In this document: in pieces, positions 39,932 through 51,802 of the stretch | Layout of the letters: each line of letters opens with the position of its first letter | Position numbering within the stretch: the stretch's first letter is position 1 | Origin: Paraspadella gotoi | Taxonomy: Eukaryota > Animalia > Chaetognatha | Length of the DNA stretch: 64,000 nt | Reading direction: 5' to 3' | Assembly (NCBI GenBank): GCA_051294375.1 | Contig: CM119266.1 | Coordinates: 17,602,087-17,666,086, forward strand | The notes under the pieces: generated by a model | Databases searched by the model: none | Told to the model about the DNA's origin: nothing | What the model saw: only the letters and a program-made list of their open reading frames with translations | Translations under genes and position numbers: made by a program

Positions 39932-42230
39932 TTACTTTGGCTTCATGTAGTCGTTGCCAAAATAGAGTCGTTGATATTCGTCGATCTTCTTGTCAGAACA
40001 AGGGACGTAGACGAGGCATCCATGGAGATCCGCAGAACAAACACCATCGCTGAAGTCCATTGTCTTCAATGTTCCTTTGTGATGCCGAGTGTCGTAAATT
40101 TTGCGTTCGTAATTGAAGTAAAGGTCGACTGATTTGCCACCGATTACGAGAATCTGGGTAAGGGTGGGTAAGGTGTGTAGACGGATAAGATCCGAGATTT
40201 TTATCTCTCTCTATAATTTCGTCTCTCTCGCTCTCTCTTACACACTCTTTCTATCTTCCTCCCCCCCTTTCCTTTTGATTTTCCTCTCATTCTCAATTTT
40301 AATTATAATTATAATTTTAATAGTAAAAAATCTTTCTTTCTCTCTCCCTCTCTCTAACCTCCCATCCCTCTCTCTCTCTCTCCCTTCCACCCTCACCTTA
40401 ACATAAAACCCCTCTTGCTTCCCCTTCTGCTTCGCAAAGGGCCCAAAGTCCAACTTGGCCGTCAACATCTTAAACTCCTTCGGTCTCCTCAAAATCTCCC
40501 CCATGATCCTCGGATAATCGTCCATGCTGTTCCACTGCAGCAAATCGATGTCGGCGTCTTTGGGAATGATGCTGCACTGACGCCACCAGCCCAAAAGCGT
40601 GCCGCAATTGAGCCAAGAGTGGACGCGCAGTTTGGCCAAGAGTCTCTTGAAAACGACGATGCTTTTCATGAAGGCGATGATCTCCTTCTCGTCCCGCAGC
40701 ACCTTACCCTTGGAGTGAGTTTGCGTCACCTTTCGATTCGCTTCGTTGCAAGTTTTGAACTCCGAGGCTTTTTTCTGCCAGACAAAAAATTCTGGGTCGG
40801 AGGGTACGAAGAGTCGCGGGGTGTGGACGGGGTGTAGGATGTGGGGGTGGCTGAAGGAGTGAGAGGAGGCGTTTGAGGCGCGGACAGGGTCGGAAGAGGT
40901 CGTTGCTGGCTTCAAGTCGAAATCCTCGAAGGCTTCCGCGGGTATCTTTTAAGGGCAAGATGGGGTCGACTTATAGCTAATGTTTAAAATAATTTTATCT
41001 TTTAAATTTTGTTTCTCAAAACTTTCTATATTATTATTTAATAATATTTATTTTTAAAATAAAAAAATTGGCTTTGCCCTATAAAATTTATTTTTAATAT
41101 ATATTTTAATTTTGCTAAAAATTGAAATAAATAATTTTTCATTTATGATTTTATAATAATTAAAGATCACGAATGAATATTTTTGTAATGATTTTATTTT
41201 TTTTAAGAACTAAACATATAATCTAATTTTTAATTATTATCTTTTCAAATTTGTCTTTATAATTTTAACTGGACCCAGCCTCTGCCCTTAAAGTTTCCAT
41301 CGTCGTCATTCTCCCTCCCTGTCCATCGATATTCAAATCCCTTCCGACCGCGACGATGAAAGACCCGAAGATGGAGCCTTTTCCAGGAAAAGTAGGGCAG
41401 CGGGGGTAGACCCTTGGAGGCTACGAAGTCGGAAATGATCGTCGAGTTGAGTCGAACGACGACGAAGACATTCGTCAAGTCCGATCCTTCGTAGTTCTTG
41501 ACAATCTTTGCTTGGTGGTCGTGGCAGGTGGCGGCAAGGCTGTGGATGGAAAATATATGTGGGATGAGATAAGTACACAAAGTGGATATAACAGAAACGA
41601 TATGTTTTTTAAAATTTAATATTTACAATAAATTAATTGTATTTTTATATTTGTAAATTATGTTATTATTTTGTATTATATTTATAATTTTTAAAAAAAT
41701 GTTTATTTTTTTTTACTCGATGCTTTATTCTAGTCCCCACCCTTCCCTTAATCCACCTCACCCTCCTTCTCCCACCCACCCCTGAAACCCCTCTCTTTAA
41801 GTCTAACTCACCCACCATCCACAGCTTTCAACATCTTCCCCGTATCTTCCCCCATCACCCCCAATCTGCTCACGGCCTCCTCTTCCCCCATCAACTCCTC
41901 CGTCAAACTCTTCTCCCGTCTCCGCATCAGATCTTTCGTCTCCAGCAGAAAGAGTCTCACTCCAGCGTCTCCGCAGCGGACGAGAAAGTCGCGAACGACG
42001 AGCGGCGCCTCGCAGGCCGGATCTAAAGGTGGCGGCGGAGTCACTGGCGTTGTTGACCGCGTCGTTGGCGTCGTCGTTGGCGTCGTCGTTGTTGGCGTCA
42101 TTTTCGACGTCTTTTCGCTCAACCCGGCATCGTCTATTTTTGTCTTTCGATTTAATAAAAAATTGAGGCTCAAATAAACGAAGGAGAAAATCCCGAGGAA
42201 GAATAGAAGTTTGAGTGGACGGATGTGCAT
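39932..42230 (-). CDS. FKTN: Fukutin-like (LicD family) phosphotransferase, type II membrane protein, about 484 aa, 4 exons
   Basis: Exons 42230-41812, 41539-41275, 40945-40397 and 40153-39932 total 1455 nt in frame; the intron 2 boundaries are less certain. N-terminal anchor LLFFLGIFSFVYLSLNFLL. The motif WLNCGTLLGWWRQCSIIPKDADIDL matches fukutin [25 protein letters not shown] and keeps the DxD. VPSDPEFF...SEFKTC and the C-terminal VYVPC...YFGNDYMKP also match fukutin. Orthology versus a lineage-specific paralog cannot be decided here. Confidence 0.88.
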
Positions 42231-42971
42231 CGTCGTGGGGGGGGGTTGTTTGGAAATGGATTGTGGGGAAAAGGGATTGTGGCGGGGGGATGTGGTCAGG
42301 ATTGTGGTCAGGATTGTCCAGGGGAATGTGGGCAGGATTTTAGAATCTAGATGTGGTTGTTGAAAAGGATAGTTGTCAGAAATGTGTACAGAGAATTAGA
42401 ATGTGTTTAGGACTGTGTAAGGGATTGTTATGCGGTATGTGGACGGAATAATGGGTTAAATTGTGCGCGGATTGGGGGCACATGGCACAGCGAAAACTTT
42501 TTTTTGTGTGTACGAGGCAGTTTGGGTAAAAGACGATTTTTTTGGCTCCGAAATTCGAAGGTTTAGGGATCTAATCTCGTAATATACTTGTATTTCAAAG
42601 AATATATTCCACTTCAGTAAATAGATTTTTAAATAAAAGAGTTTTGTTAAAAAAACGCACGTGTTTGCTTTATTCCAATTCTAATTTTTAAAAGAGAAAC
42701 AGTAGGAAATTTTTATTATTATGTGTCAAGATAACGCAAGAATAAAAAAAATTAAAAAGATTGAAAAAAAATTTGAATATTGTTCCTTTTTCTTTTTCTG
42801 TCAGGTTTTGGAAATTTGAAACGATGAAACACGATGCAAAGTTTTAAATATAAGTAGTATAATCTTGTTTAAAATCGTTTAAAATCTTGAAAATTGTTCT
42901 GCATGTAAAATCGCTGAGTAATGCGTTCGTGTTTCTACGTTTTAAAATTGAGAGTAAATTTCTAAACATTA

Positions 42972-43020
42972 TTTATTATCGAGCCAGGACCTGCTTCGCC
43001 GGGTCCTGGCTCTATAATGA
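42972..43020 (+). mobile_element. GC-rich hairpin, probable 5' end of a HINE interrupted by the hAT element
   Basis: Perfect 11-bp stem GAGCCAGGACC / GGTCCTGGCTC (42981-43012) after TTATTATC; a (GTC)n tract resumes right after the hAT right TSD. Confidence 0.45.
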
Positions 43021-43040
43021 TTTAGAATTTTTTCTTTGTG

Positions 43041-44562
43041 CAGTGATTTCTATCGAGGAATTCAGCAAAAAAACCACTTTTTGCCATATTGCTAGAATAT
43101 TACCAACAATATTGATTAAATTTGAATCCTAAGACAAAGAGGGCTGGACTACGGATTAATTCAAGTCATCTGCTGCATTTTCTAATCTGGAATAAATAAA
43201 ATAATAAAAAAAATTATGTCCATTTTTGTCCATTTTGACTTTTGTCTTGACATTTGAACGTCAAGATAGTTGAAGAAAAATCTTTTACTCCGGATTTCGG
43301 GTCCTTCTTATCTTCTTTACCTCTGAGTTGTTTCATTTGACATTGATCATCTATTGTTTGTCTATGAATTAATTTTTAAATTGACTAGTGAAAAACTTAC
43401 ATTTTTATATTTTAGTACAATTTGTTAAACGAAAATACTTCAAAATGTCCACAATTATGATCAAATATTCCCTATCAACGGTGCTTCTGGTACCTAAAAA
43501 ATTATGTCAAAAAATTTAATACTTTTGCCTGCAAAATAATTTTTAAGCCTACTTTTAATTTGTGAGGATTTGTGAGGAGCGTTTTATTTGAACTAAAGCC
43601 TCGATTTTTGACTTATTTTATAGTTTTAATAGATGAGAAACACACTAAGGTGGAAAAATGAAAAAAAAACCGCCTTCTTTTAATGTAAGGGTAAGCGTCA
43701 GTAAATTAAATTTCCTCTCAATCGACAGGTTTTTGCGGAAAAAATTTCCGCAAAAATTCTGTCAATTTTTTAAATCTGCTAGGCAACAAACTTTGAATAA
43801 AATCATACCCTACCCATATTTTTTTTCTTACAATACATTTTAAAGATTTTTATACGTCTAGTATGATATAAATGCAAAAAATGAGTGAGAATGAGAAAAG
43901 AGAAGAGAAGAGAGAGCATGGGTGAAAAAAAAGTTTCAGGAGAGAGAAAAAGAGTGGAAATAATTAATATATGGGGAGAAGGGGGAAAACGAAAACAATT
44001 AAGAGAAAAGAAAAGATAAGAAAGAGGGAAGAAGAGAATCAGAGAGGGAGAGATAAGCAGAGATAGAGAGTAAGGCGAATAAAGGTAAAGGAAGAAAAAA
44101 AGGGATGACACAGAGAAATATGATGACAGAAAGTCGGAGAAAGGGAGAGAAAGATAAGAGAAAGAGAGAAAAAAGAGAGGGACAGAGAGAAGGTTAAAGA
44201 GAGAAAAAAAAATAGTGGAAAAAAGTTTTAAAATAGTGTGCCGTTTTTTTGCCTAATATCTAAAAAACACAATAGATCTGACAAGCAATTTAATCTCTAA
44301 AAGTTGCCCTTACCATAAAAAATCGTTTTAGTTTCTTCTTAATAAGGGCAGATACCATAAATAGAATGATTAACGTAAAAGAAATTATGTCTTACCGTAT
44401 TTTGAAAGCATAGAAATTCTCCCAATGAGTTCTATGTTATAAGGAGAAGATAACTATAGCCAACCGTTTTTTTAAATAAAGCGTGTGTTATATTAATCGG
44501 TGGGAAAAAAATAAATAATAGTTTCAATTTCATTGTTGAAAATACCCGTATAGAAATCACTG
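43041..44562. mobile_element. Non-autonomous hAT-like DNA transposon, 1522 bp
   Basis: TIRs CAGTGATTTCTAT (43041-43053) and ATAGAAATCACTG (44550-44562); 8-bp TSD TCTTTGTG / CCTTTGTG (7/8); no transposase ORF. Confidence 0.85.
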
Positions 44563-44734
44563 CCTTTGTGACGTCGTCGTCGTCGTTGTCGTTGTCGTTG
44601 TCGTCGTTGTCGTCGTCGGCGTCACGCTGTTTTTATATAAAAACTACTACGCTTTTATAGGTTTGGCTGGGACTTACCTCTTTTTTTAAATAAAAATTAT
44701 TATGAATTATGATAAAGTTTTACAAAAGTGTGCG

Positions 44735-45064
44735 ATCATAGTAAGTTAAAAATTAGGATATGGCTTCTCATCTTTAAATAGCTTTGATATTTTTCTTATT
44801 ACATTTGGATTTAAGAATTTTTCGTTTGAATTTCCACTTCATTATGATTTACTGCAATATGCAAATAAGATTATAGTAATCATTATAATATCCAAATTAG
44901 TATATAGAAATTCTTTAATCTAATGTACATATTGCAGTATATAATATTGAAGATGAAATTCAAAAAAAAATTTTTAAATCAATAACAAAAATGGGAAATC
45001 AAAGGACCTTTTTAATGAGAAGCTATATCTTAATTTTAATACAAATTTTTTACAAGCTATGATT
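44735..45064. mobile_element. Degenerate fold-back (palindromic) MITE-like element
   Basis: Nested inverted matches: aaaattaggatatggcttctcat / atgagaagctatatcttaatttt; tttgaatttccacttca / tgaagatgaaattcaaa; tactgcaatatg / catattgcagta. Confidence 0.65.
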
Positions 45065-45376
45065 GGAAAAAACTGTAAAAATTTCCAACTGTAAACAATT
45101 GTAACATTTTTTTGCCTTTTTTTTTCTTTAAATTACATAAATATTTTTCTTCCTATTTTTGTCAGGCGCTGCCTTTTCTGAACCGCTTAAAAACGCGTTC
45201 AGGATCTGCAGTGACTGTACAGCGGACTTCCAGCGGCTGTCCAGCTTTCTCTGTCTCTCTCTGTCTCTCTCTGTCTCTCTCTCTCTCTCTGATTATTTTC
45301 CCCTTCTAAAAACTTTTATTATCGCTAATAATGCGTCTTGTTGGCGGGAAAACTGTCCAGCTTCTCTCTCTCTCTC

Positions 45377-47080
45377 TCGAGGAATTCAGCAAAAAAACCA
45401 CTTTTTTCAATATTGCTAGAATATTATCAACAGAATTGATTAAATTTGAACTAAGACAAAGTGGGCTGGACTACGGATTAATTAAAATCATCTGCTGCTT
45501 TTTCTAATCAAGAATCGATATAATTTTTGCAACTTTTAATAAAAAAAATTATGTCCATTTTTGTCCATTTTGACTTTTTGTCTTGAGATTTGAACGTCAA
45601 GATCATTGAAGAAAAATTTTTTTACTCCGGATTTCGGGTACTTCTTATCTTCTTTATCACTGAGTGGGTTCATTTGCCGTTGGTCATCCATTGTTTGCCT
45701 ATGAATTAATTTTTAAATATTGACTAGTAAAAAAATTACATTTTTACATTTTATTACAATTTGTTAAACGAAAAATACTTCAAAATGTCCACAATCTAAT
45801 CAAATATTCCCTTTCAACGGTGCTTCTGGTACCTAAAAAATTAGGGCAAAAAATTTAATAGTTTTGCAGAAATTAAATTTTTAAGTCAACTTTTAATTTG
45901 TGAGGATTGGTGAGGAGCGTTTTATTTAAACTAAAACTCGGTTTTTGACTTATTTTATAGTTTTAATAGATGAGAAATATACTAAGGTTAACGAATTTAA
46001 AAAAATCGCATTCTTTTAATGTTATGGAAAGCGTCAGTAATTTTTTTCCTCTCTATCGACAGGTTGATTTTTTAAATCTGCTAGGCAACCAAACTTTGAA
46101 TAAATCATACGCTTCCCAAGATTTTTTTTCTTACACATATATTTAAAGTTTTTTATACATCCAGTATGATAAGGGAGTGGCTTTTCATACAATTGAAGCC
46201 AGGTTCACTGGGAGTGAATAAATAAGACTGAGGAGAGAGTCTTGATTGAAAGCTTGCAGAAACCTGCTATGTTATTATCTTGTAAGTGTGATGGAGGCCT
46301 TAAACCACCAAAGCCTGTCCAAAGTCAGGGACAAGATAGCTTATTTATAAAATGAATGGATAATTTTTATATGGTTGTACCAATTTCATAAATGCAAAAA
46401 ATGAGTGAGAATGAAAAAAAGATAAGAGAAGAGAGAGCATGTGTGAAAAAAAGTTGCAGGGAAGAGAGAGAAGAGTGGAAAGAAATTAATATATGGGGAG
46501 AAGGGGGAAAACGAAAACAATTAAGAGAAAAGAAAAGATAAGAAAGAGGGAAGAAAGAGAATCAGAGAGGAGAGAAAAAGCAGAGATAGAGAGGAAGATA
46601 AATAAAGGTAAAGGAAGAAAAGAAATGGATGACACTGAAAAATATGAAGACAGAAAAGTCGGAGAAAGAGAGAGAAAGACAGAGAGAAAGAGAGAGGGAC
46701 AGAGAGAAGGTTCAAGAGAGAAAAAAATAGTGGAAAAAATGGAAAAAAGTTTTAAAATATTGCGTGCTGTTTTTTTGCCTCAGCTGTAGTATAAACAGCT
46801 GTAGTAAAGTGATAGATCTGACGAGCAATTTAATCTTTAAAAGTTACCCTTACCATGAAAAATCGTTTTAGTTTCATCTTAAGGTAAAAGAAATTATGTC
46901 TTACCGTATTTTGAAAGCATAGAAATTCACCCAGTGAGTTCGATGTTATAAGGAGAAAATAACTATAGCCAACCGTTTTTTTAAAAAAAGTGTGTTTTAT
47001 ATTAATCAGTGGAAAAAAAAGAAATAATAGTTATATAAGTTTCAATTCTATTGTTGAAAATACCCGAATAGAAATCACTG
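45377..47080. mobile_element. Second, diverged copy of the hAT-like element (left TIR eroded, 217-bp internal insertion)
   Basis: Colinear with 43053-44562, with many substitutions; right TIR ATAGAAATCACTG intact, ending at 47080. Confidence 0.85.
46288..46389 (+). repeat. About 100-bp dispersed repeat family
   Basis: GTGATGGAGGCCTTAAACCACCAAAGCCTGTCC...GATAGCTTATTTA...GTACCAATTTCAT; also at 28567-28676 (+), 9121-9213 (-), 17129-17267, 24695-24822, and partial at 11300-11343 and 18867-18910. Confidence 0.85.
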
Positions 47081-47461
47081 CCCATCGCATCAATGAATGA
47101 TACTATTCCTTGGCGAGATCCTTATGCTTTTAAGATTTTTATTTTATTATTTTATTTATTTCGAATCTCGATACTTTTTTTTTTGGCAAAAAAAGGAAGT
47201 TTCCTGCGTTTAAAATTAACGGATCTTTTCACCCACTTGACTCAAGCCCCCGCCCCCCTATTCGCTTATCAGGCATTGTTGTTGCTTCTGTCGTCGTTGT
47301 TGTTGTTGCTATTTTTTTTTTAAATTCGACGCAAAATTTGGCCGAAAAAAAAAAGAAAACGAGAGAAAAGAAAGGAAAGGGTTTTGAGGAAAACCTCACC
47401 CGAGACTTACCTCTCTCACTTACTGCTTCATCTTCGAAGAAGCTGCATCGCGAAACCGGCG

Positions 47462-47529
<68 letters not shown>

Positions 47530-47732
47530 GAATTGAATTTGAATTTATTCAATGGGGCTTTAGGCACAAAATAAAACAATAGGCCATAAAAAGCGACTTT
47601 ATTACATTTAAGTCTACGAATTTAGGCATTCATCATGAAATCTTTCCAATTTACAATTTAGAGAGAGAGGGGGGGGGAGGCACCGAGGCGGAGGGTTTTT
47701 TTAATATCAGATAAAGATCTGCGAGAGAGATT

Positions 47733-47781
<49 letters not shown>

Positions 47782-48599
47782 GAGAGAGAGAGAGAGAGAG
47801 AGAAAAGAGAGAGAGAGAGAGCAGACAGACAGACAGACAGACAGACAAATAGACAGACAGACAGACATATAGAGAGAAATTTAGTCAGAAAGGATTTAAA
47901 CGCCGTACAATATAATGAGATGAACAATAAACCTGTCAAACCTTTGACGCCATTGATTTGGCAAATGGGGAGTATAATTATCGTCATCTCATTTTGACGA
48001 AATCCTCGACGCAGAAGCCGACAAATCAACCGACAAAAGGGAAACCAATAATTATGGCGGGTAAAAAAAATATTTGACTGAAAACCGGGAGAAAAACTGA
48101 CTGTTCCATAATTAGCTCGTATATTTTTATTACGATATTACGTTTATGATATTAAACTTTGTAAATTAGAATATGAAATATATAATTCGTCGTAGTACTT
48201 AATTTTTCAATTGATCGTTCTCCAAATTTATAAATTACGTAATATTAACGATTAATTCAGTGAACAAGAACCGGCAAGTTCAAGGCGTTGCGCCGCTGTG
48301 ACCTTTTTTTCGTGGATGCATTTTCTAATTATAACGTGACTACACAGAACTATATGCACATTGCACAAAAAGCATCTTAGGATAAACTATCAAATATTAG
48401 ACATTTATTGCCTCATTGATTATCTGTTCACGTGATCCTACTTCTGTATGGTTACGTTACAATAATATGCCATATTATTATGATATGATGATTTTATTTC
48501 ATATCAATAAAATAAACCAAACAAATAAAAACAGAATTAAGAGGTTAACGTGAAGGAAAACTAAGCAACGAGATCATTTCTATATTTTAATAGAAATAA

Positions 48600-48935
48600 G
48601 ACAAAACTTTATTTTTGGTCAAAGTTAAACGTTAAATGTCAGGGTAACCAAAACATTCTCTAAGGTTTCTGATGCTATCCCATCGATGCCAGCCAAAGAT
48701 CTTACGAATTCTATTATTAATGGGTACATTTAGTTGGTACATATCTTTACAACGAAAGTCTTTAACTTCACAGCCATATCGTAGTACTGAGACACAATTA
48801 CTGCAAAATAATTGTAACAAAACTGCTTCATTTGGTTCTCATTTGGAGGATCTTTAAAAGTACATTTGATCAGGTGTGGGATCGAAATCAAAATTATTTC
48901 CAGATTTTAAGTTAAATCCTAGATATTTTATTTAA
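48600..48935 (-). mobile_element. Degenerate non-LTR retrotransposon reverse transcriptase C-terminal fragment
   Basis: IKYLGFNL, then LLQLFCSNCVSVLRYGCEV...LNVPINNRIRKIFGWHRWDSIR, typical of the post-RT region of LINEs; in-frame stops. Confidence 0.75.
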
Positions 48936-51166
48936 TTTTTTATTTGTTTTTTTTTTAAATTTTATTATATGAATAAAAACGCCTCATTAGTTTGCCTACT
49001 AAAAATAAAATGATTCGGTATTTAATGAATTAACACTTATTGAATTTCTACTCATGTAATTATTTTATTAAGTGATCACTTCACTGCACAAGTGTGGTAC
49101 ATATTCACATTAAAGGTCTTATCTTACCATACCTTTCTACTAAATGTGAACTTAATTAATAAGATATTACGGCAGTTATGAACAATTAAAACATAAGTAG
49201 GATAGACAGACAGACAGACATACCTAACAACCGAAAAGTGAGTTTAAAAGTTGCTTCGTGAGTACTCAAATGTCTACAAAGTCATCATGACATTAGAATA
49301 TTGTGTTCCTTTTTTTTATCATTTTTACACTAATTTAGTTTTTTCAAATCCGCTCGGCGTCGCTCGCGGTCGACAAGCTCAGGAGGTATGTATATTGTAT
49401 AAACAGAAGACATCAAATTGAACCCAAGGAGACCAACAAAAATCCTAAGTTCAAGAATTAACTTCCCCTATTGATGAGGGGTAGTCGATACGTACATCGT
49501 CTTAAGGACTTATTATTCAAATTTAGGAAAATACTATTTGTCTATTGTAACCAGTAAAAGACCGCCCAAGCATTGAATTGAATGGCCCTCTTTTATCTGA
49601 ATTGAAGCTATCTAGTATCTAGGATCTAAAAAGACTATATTCCATTAAGTTGATATCACTTATGTCAACTAATTTTTTTCATTTTTGTAATTCCATCAAA
49701 AGATATCACAGCAGACTCCTACTTTCTAATGATACGCCCTGATAATAAATGAAGGGACTATTATTAAAGAGAGAGAGAGAGAGAGAGAGAGTCATAATTG
49801 CATCGAAATTAGAAATCTCTCTTCAGCATCCAAGGTGAAATCGATTTTTTGAAGATCAACGTCCGAACGGGGTTCGTCCTTTCATCCAGACCGATGGCAA
49901 CGGACGAGTAGCTAAGAGAGGCAAATCTGGCAAATTGTCTGGCGTATGATAATTGCTATGTGGTTTCTTTTCCCAAAGCTCCCCATATCTGTTCCTTAAT
50001 CCCTTAACTTAATATTAATCTTAACTTAATATTAAAATTATTATTAATCTTAACATAATATTAAAATTAATATTAATAATATTAATATTAATCTTAATAT
50101 TAATCTTGATTAACCTTATGCTATTAATTAATCCAAAAACCTAATCCCTAACCCTAATCATTAACCAAATGATTAATCCCCAAACAGTCCTTATCCTCAT
50201 CCCTAATATTTAGAGCTAAAAACTAACTTAATTCCTTTTAGCTTTTTAGGAAAACAAAGCCTCCTAGGTCGGGTAAATGAAAATCACCGAAAAAAACCGA
50301 ATCTGCATCTCATTAATAAATGTATTACATAATATATCGTTGCGCTTTGTTTTACCGATTTTTACCTCGACGACGACGACAACGTCGACAGCGACGACGA
50401 TGACGACGACGATAATAACAACAAAAAGGAGTAAATTATCGATAAAAAAAAAGAAAACATTAATCTGACGAACAAACAGAGAAACTGGTAAACAAAAACG
50501 TCCGTCGTCAAAAATCACTCGTTGATTTTTATTGGAAACTTTTTCTGTTATTTTTGGTTTTTGTTACGCCTCTTTCTCTTGGATATTCGTTCTTTCATTC
50601 TTTCATATATTTTATTACTTGATTAATTTATTAATTTTTCATTTCCACATACGTTCAATCGTTCATTTCGCACCTTCTCAATTACCAAAATATGTATCTT
50701 AAAAAAATCAGCATAAAAATATTGATGTTGTTGATTTACTCAACGAGGAGATGCACCGGGAAAGCCTTCCTCAAATCGCCTTTACAGCGTATTCTCGGTT
50801 TTTTTCCTCCCTCTTTCAAGTTGTAGTGTCAAGAAGCTGGTCAATTGGTCTGTCAGGCAGTCAATCAGTAGGTCAGTCATTTAATTCGTTAACCACTCAG
50901 TCAGACGGTCAATCATTCAGTAACTCAGTCAATCAGTCAGCCAATGAGTCAGTCAAACAGAAATACGGACTTGCTCTAGTGTACATTTTATAGTTCCATT
51001 TTTGATGTGGTACGATAATTTTTATGGTGTAGAATTAGTCATCAGGTCTGGGTCAAAATAAGAGATAAACAACTTAAAGATTGGAAATTCGAGATTTCGT
51101 TGTTAAGGAAAATAAAACCGACAGATCTTGTCCTTGGATGAGACATAAATAACGAAAGAATAAAAG

Positions 51167-51187
51167 AAAGAATGAAAGAAAGAAAAA

Positions 51188-51274
<87 letters not shown>
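51167..51274 (+). repeat. (AAAG)n microsatellite
   Basis: Direct reading. Confidence 0.9.
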
Positions 51275-51502
51275 TAATAAAGAATGAAAGAGAAAAAGAA
51301 AAAAAGAGAGAAGGAGAAAAAAAAGAAATGAAAGAGAGAAAAATTAAAGGAGGAAAATGACAAAAGAAAGAAAGATTCAGGGGAAAAAATGAAAGATAAA
51401 CAAAACAAAAAAGACAGACAGACAAATCGACAGCGGAAGCCACAAATGCATAAAACTACTAAAAAATTTTTAGAAAAAAAACAAAAAAACACGAGATCAA
51501 AA

Positions 51503-51722
51503 AGGAACTATTTTCAGAAAGCGGCTAATTTCCGTCCCTTTATTTTTTGGAACAAATCTTTAACCTATTATTTTACACCTTACCCAAATCTCAAACTTAA
51601 TCCCTTACTTTAATCCCTAACCCCTATCCCTTAATCCTTAAATCTTAACTTAATTTTTTAAATTCAATGTTAATTTAAATCTGAATTTAAGCTAAAATGG
51701 AGGGTTTTAGGAAAATGTGCCC
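51503..51722. mobile_element. MITE-like element with degenerate telomere-like (TAACCC/TAATCC) interior
   Basis: Imperfect TIRs ggaactattttcagaaagc / gggttttaggaaaatgtgccc; related ends at 5533-5560, 38858-38887 and 49961-50241. Confidence 0.55.
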
Positions 51723-51741
51723 GTCAAAAGACTTGAGTATC

Positions 51742-51777
<36 letters not shown>

Positions 51778-51802
51778 NNNNNNNNNNNNNNNNNNNNNNN
51801 NN

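Noticed and set aside
49855-49945. GC-richer segment with possible HDV-like ribozyme elements (CCTTTC/GAGAGG, GCTAA)
   Set aside because: No convincing P1 or L3/P1.1 could be formed by eye
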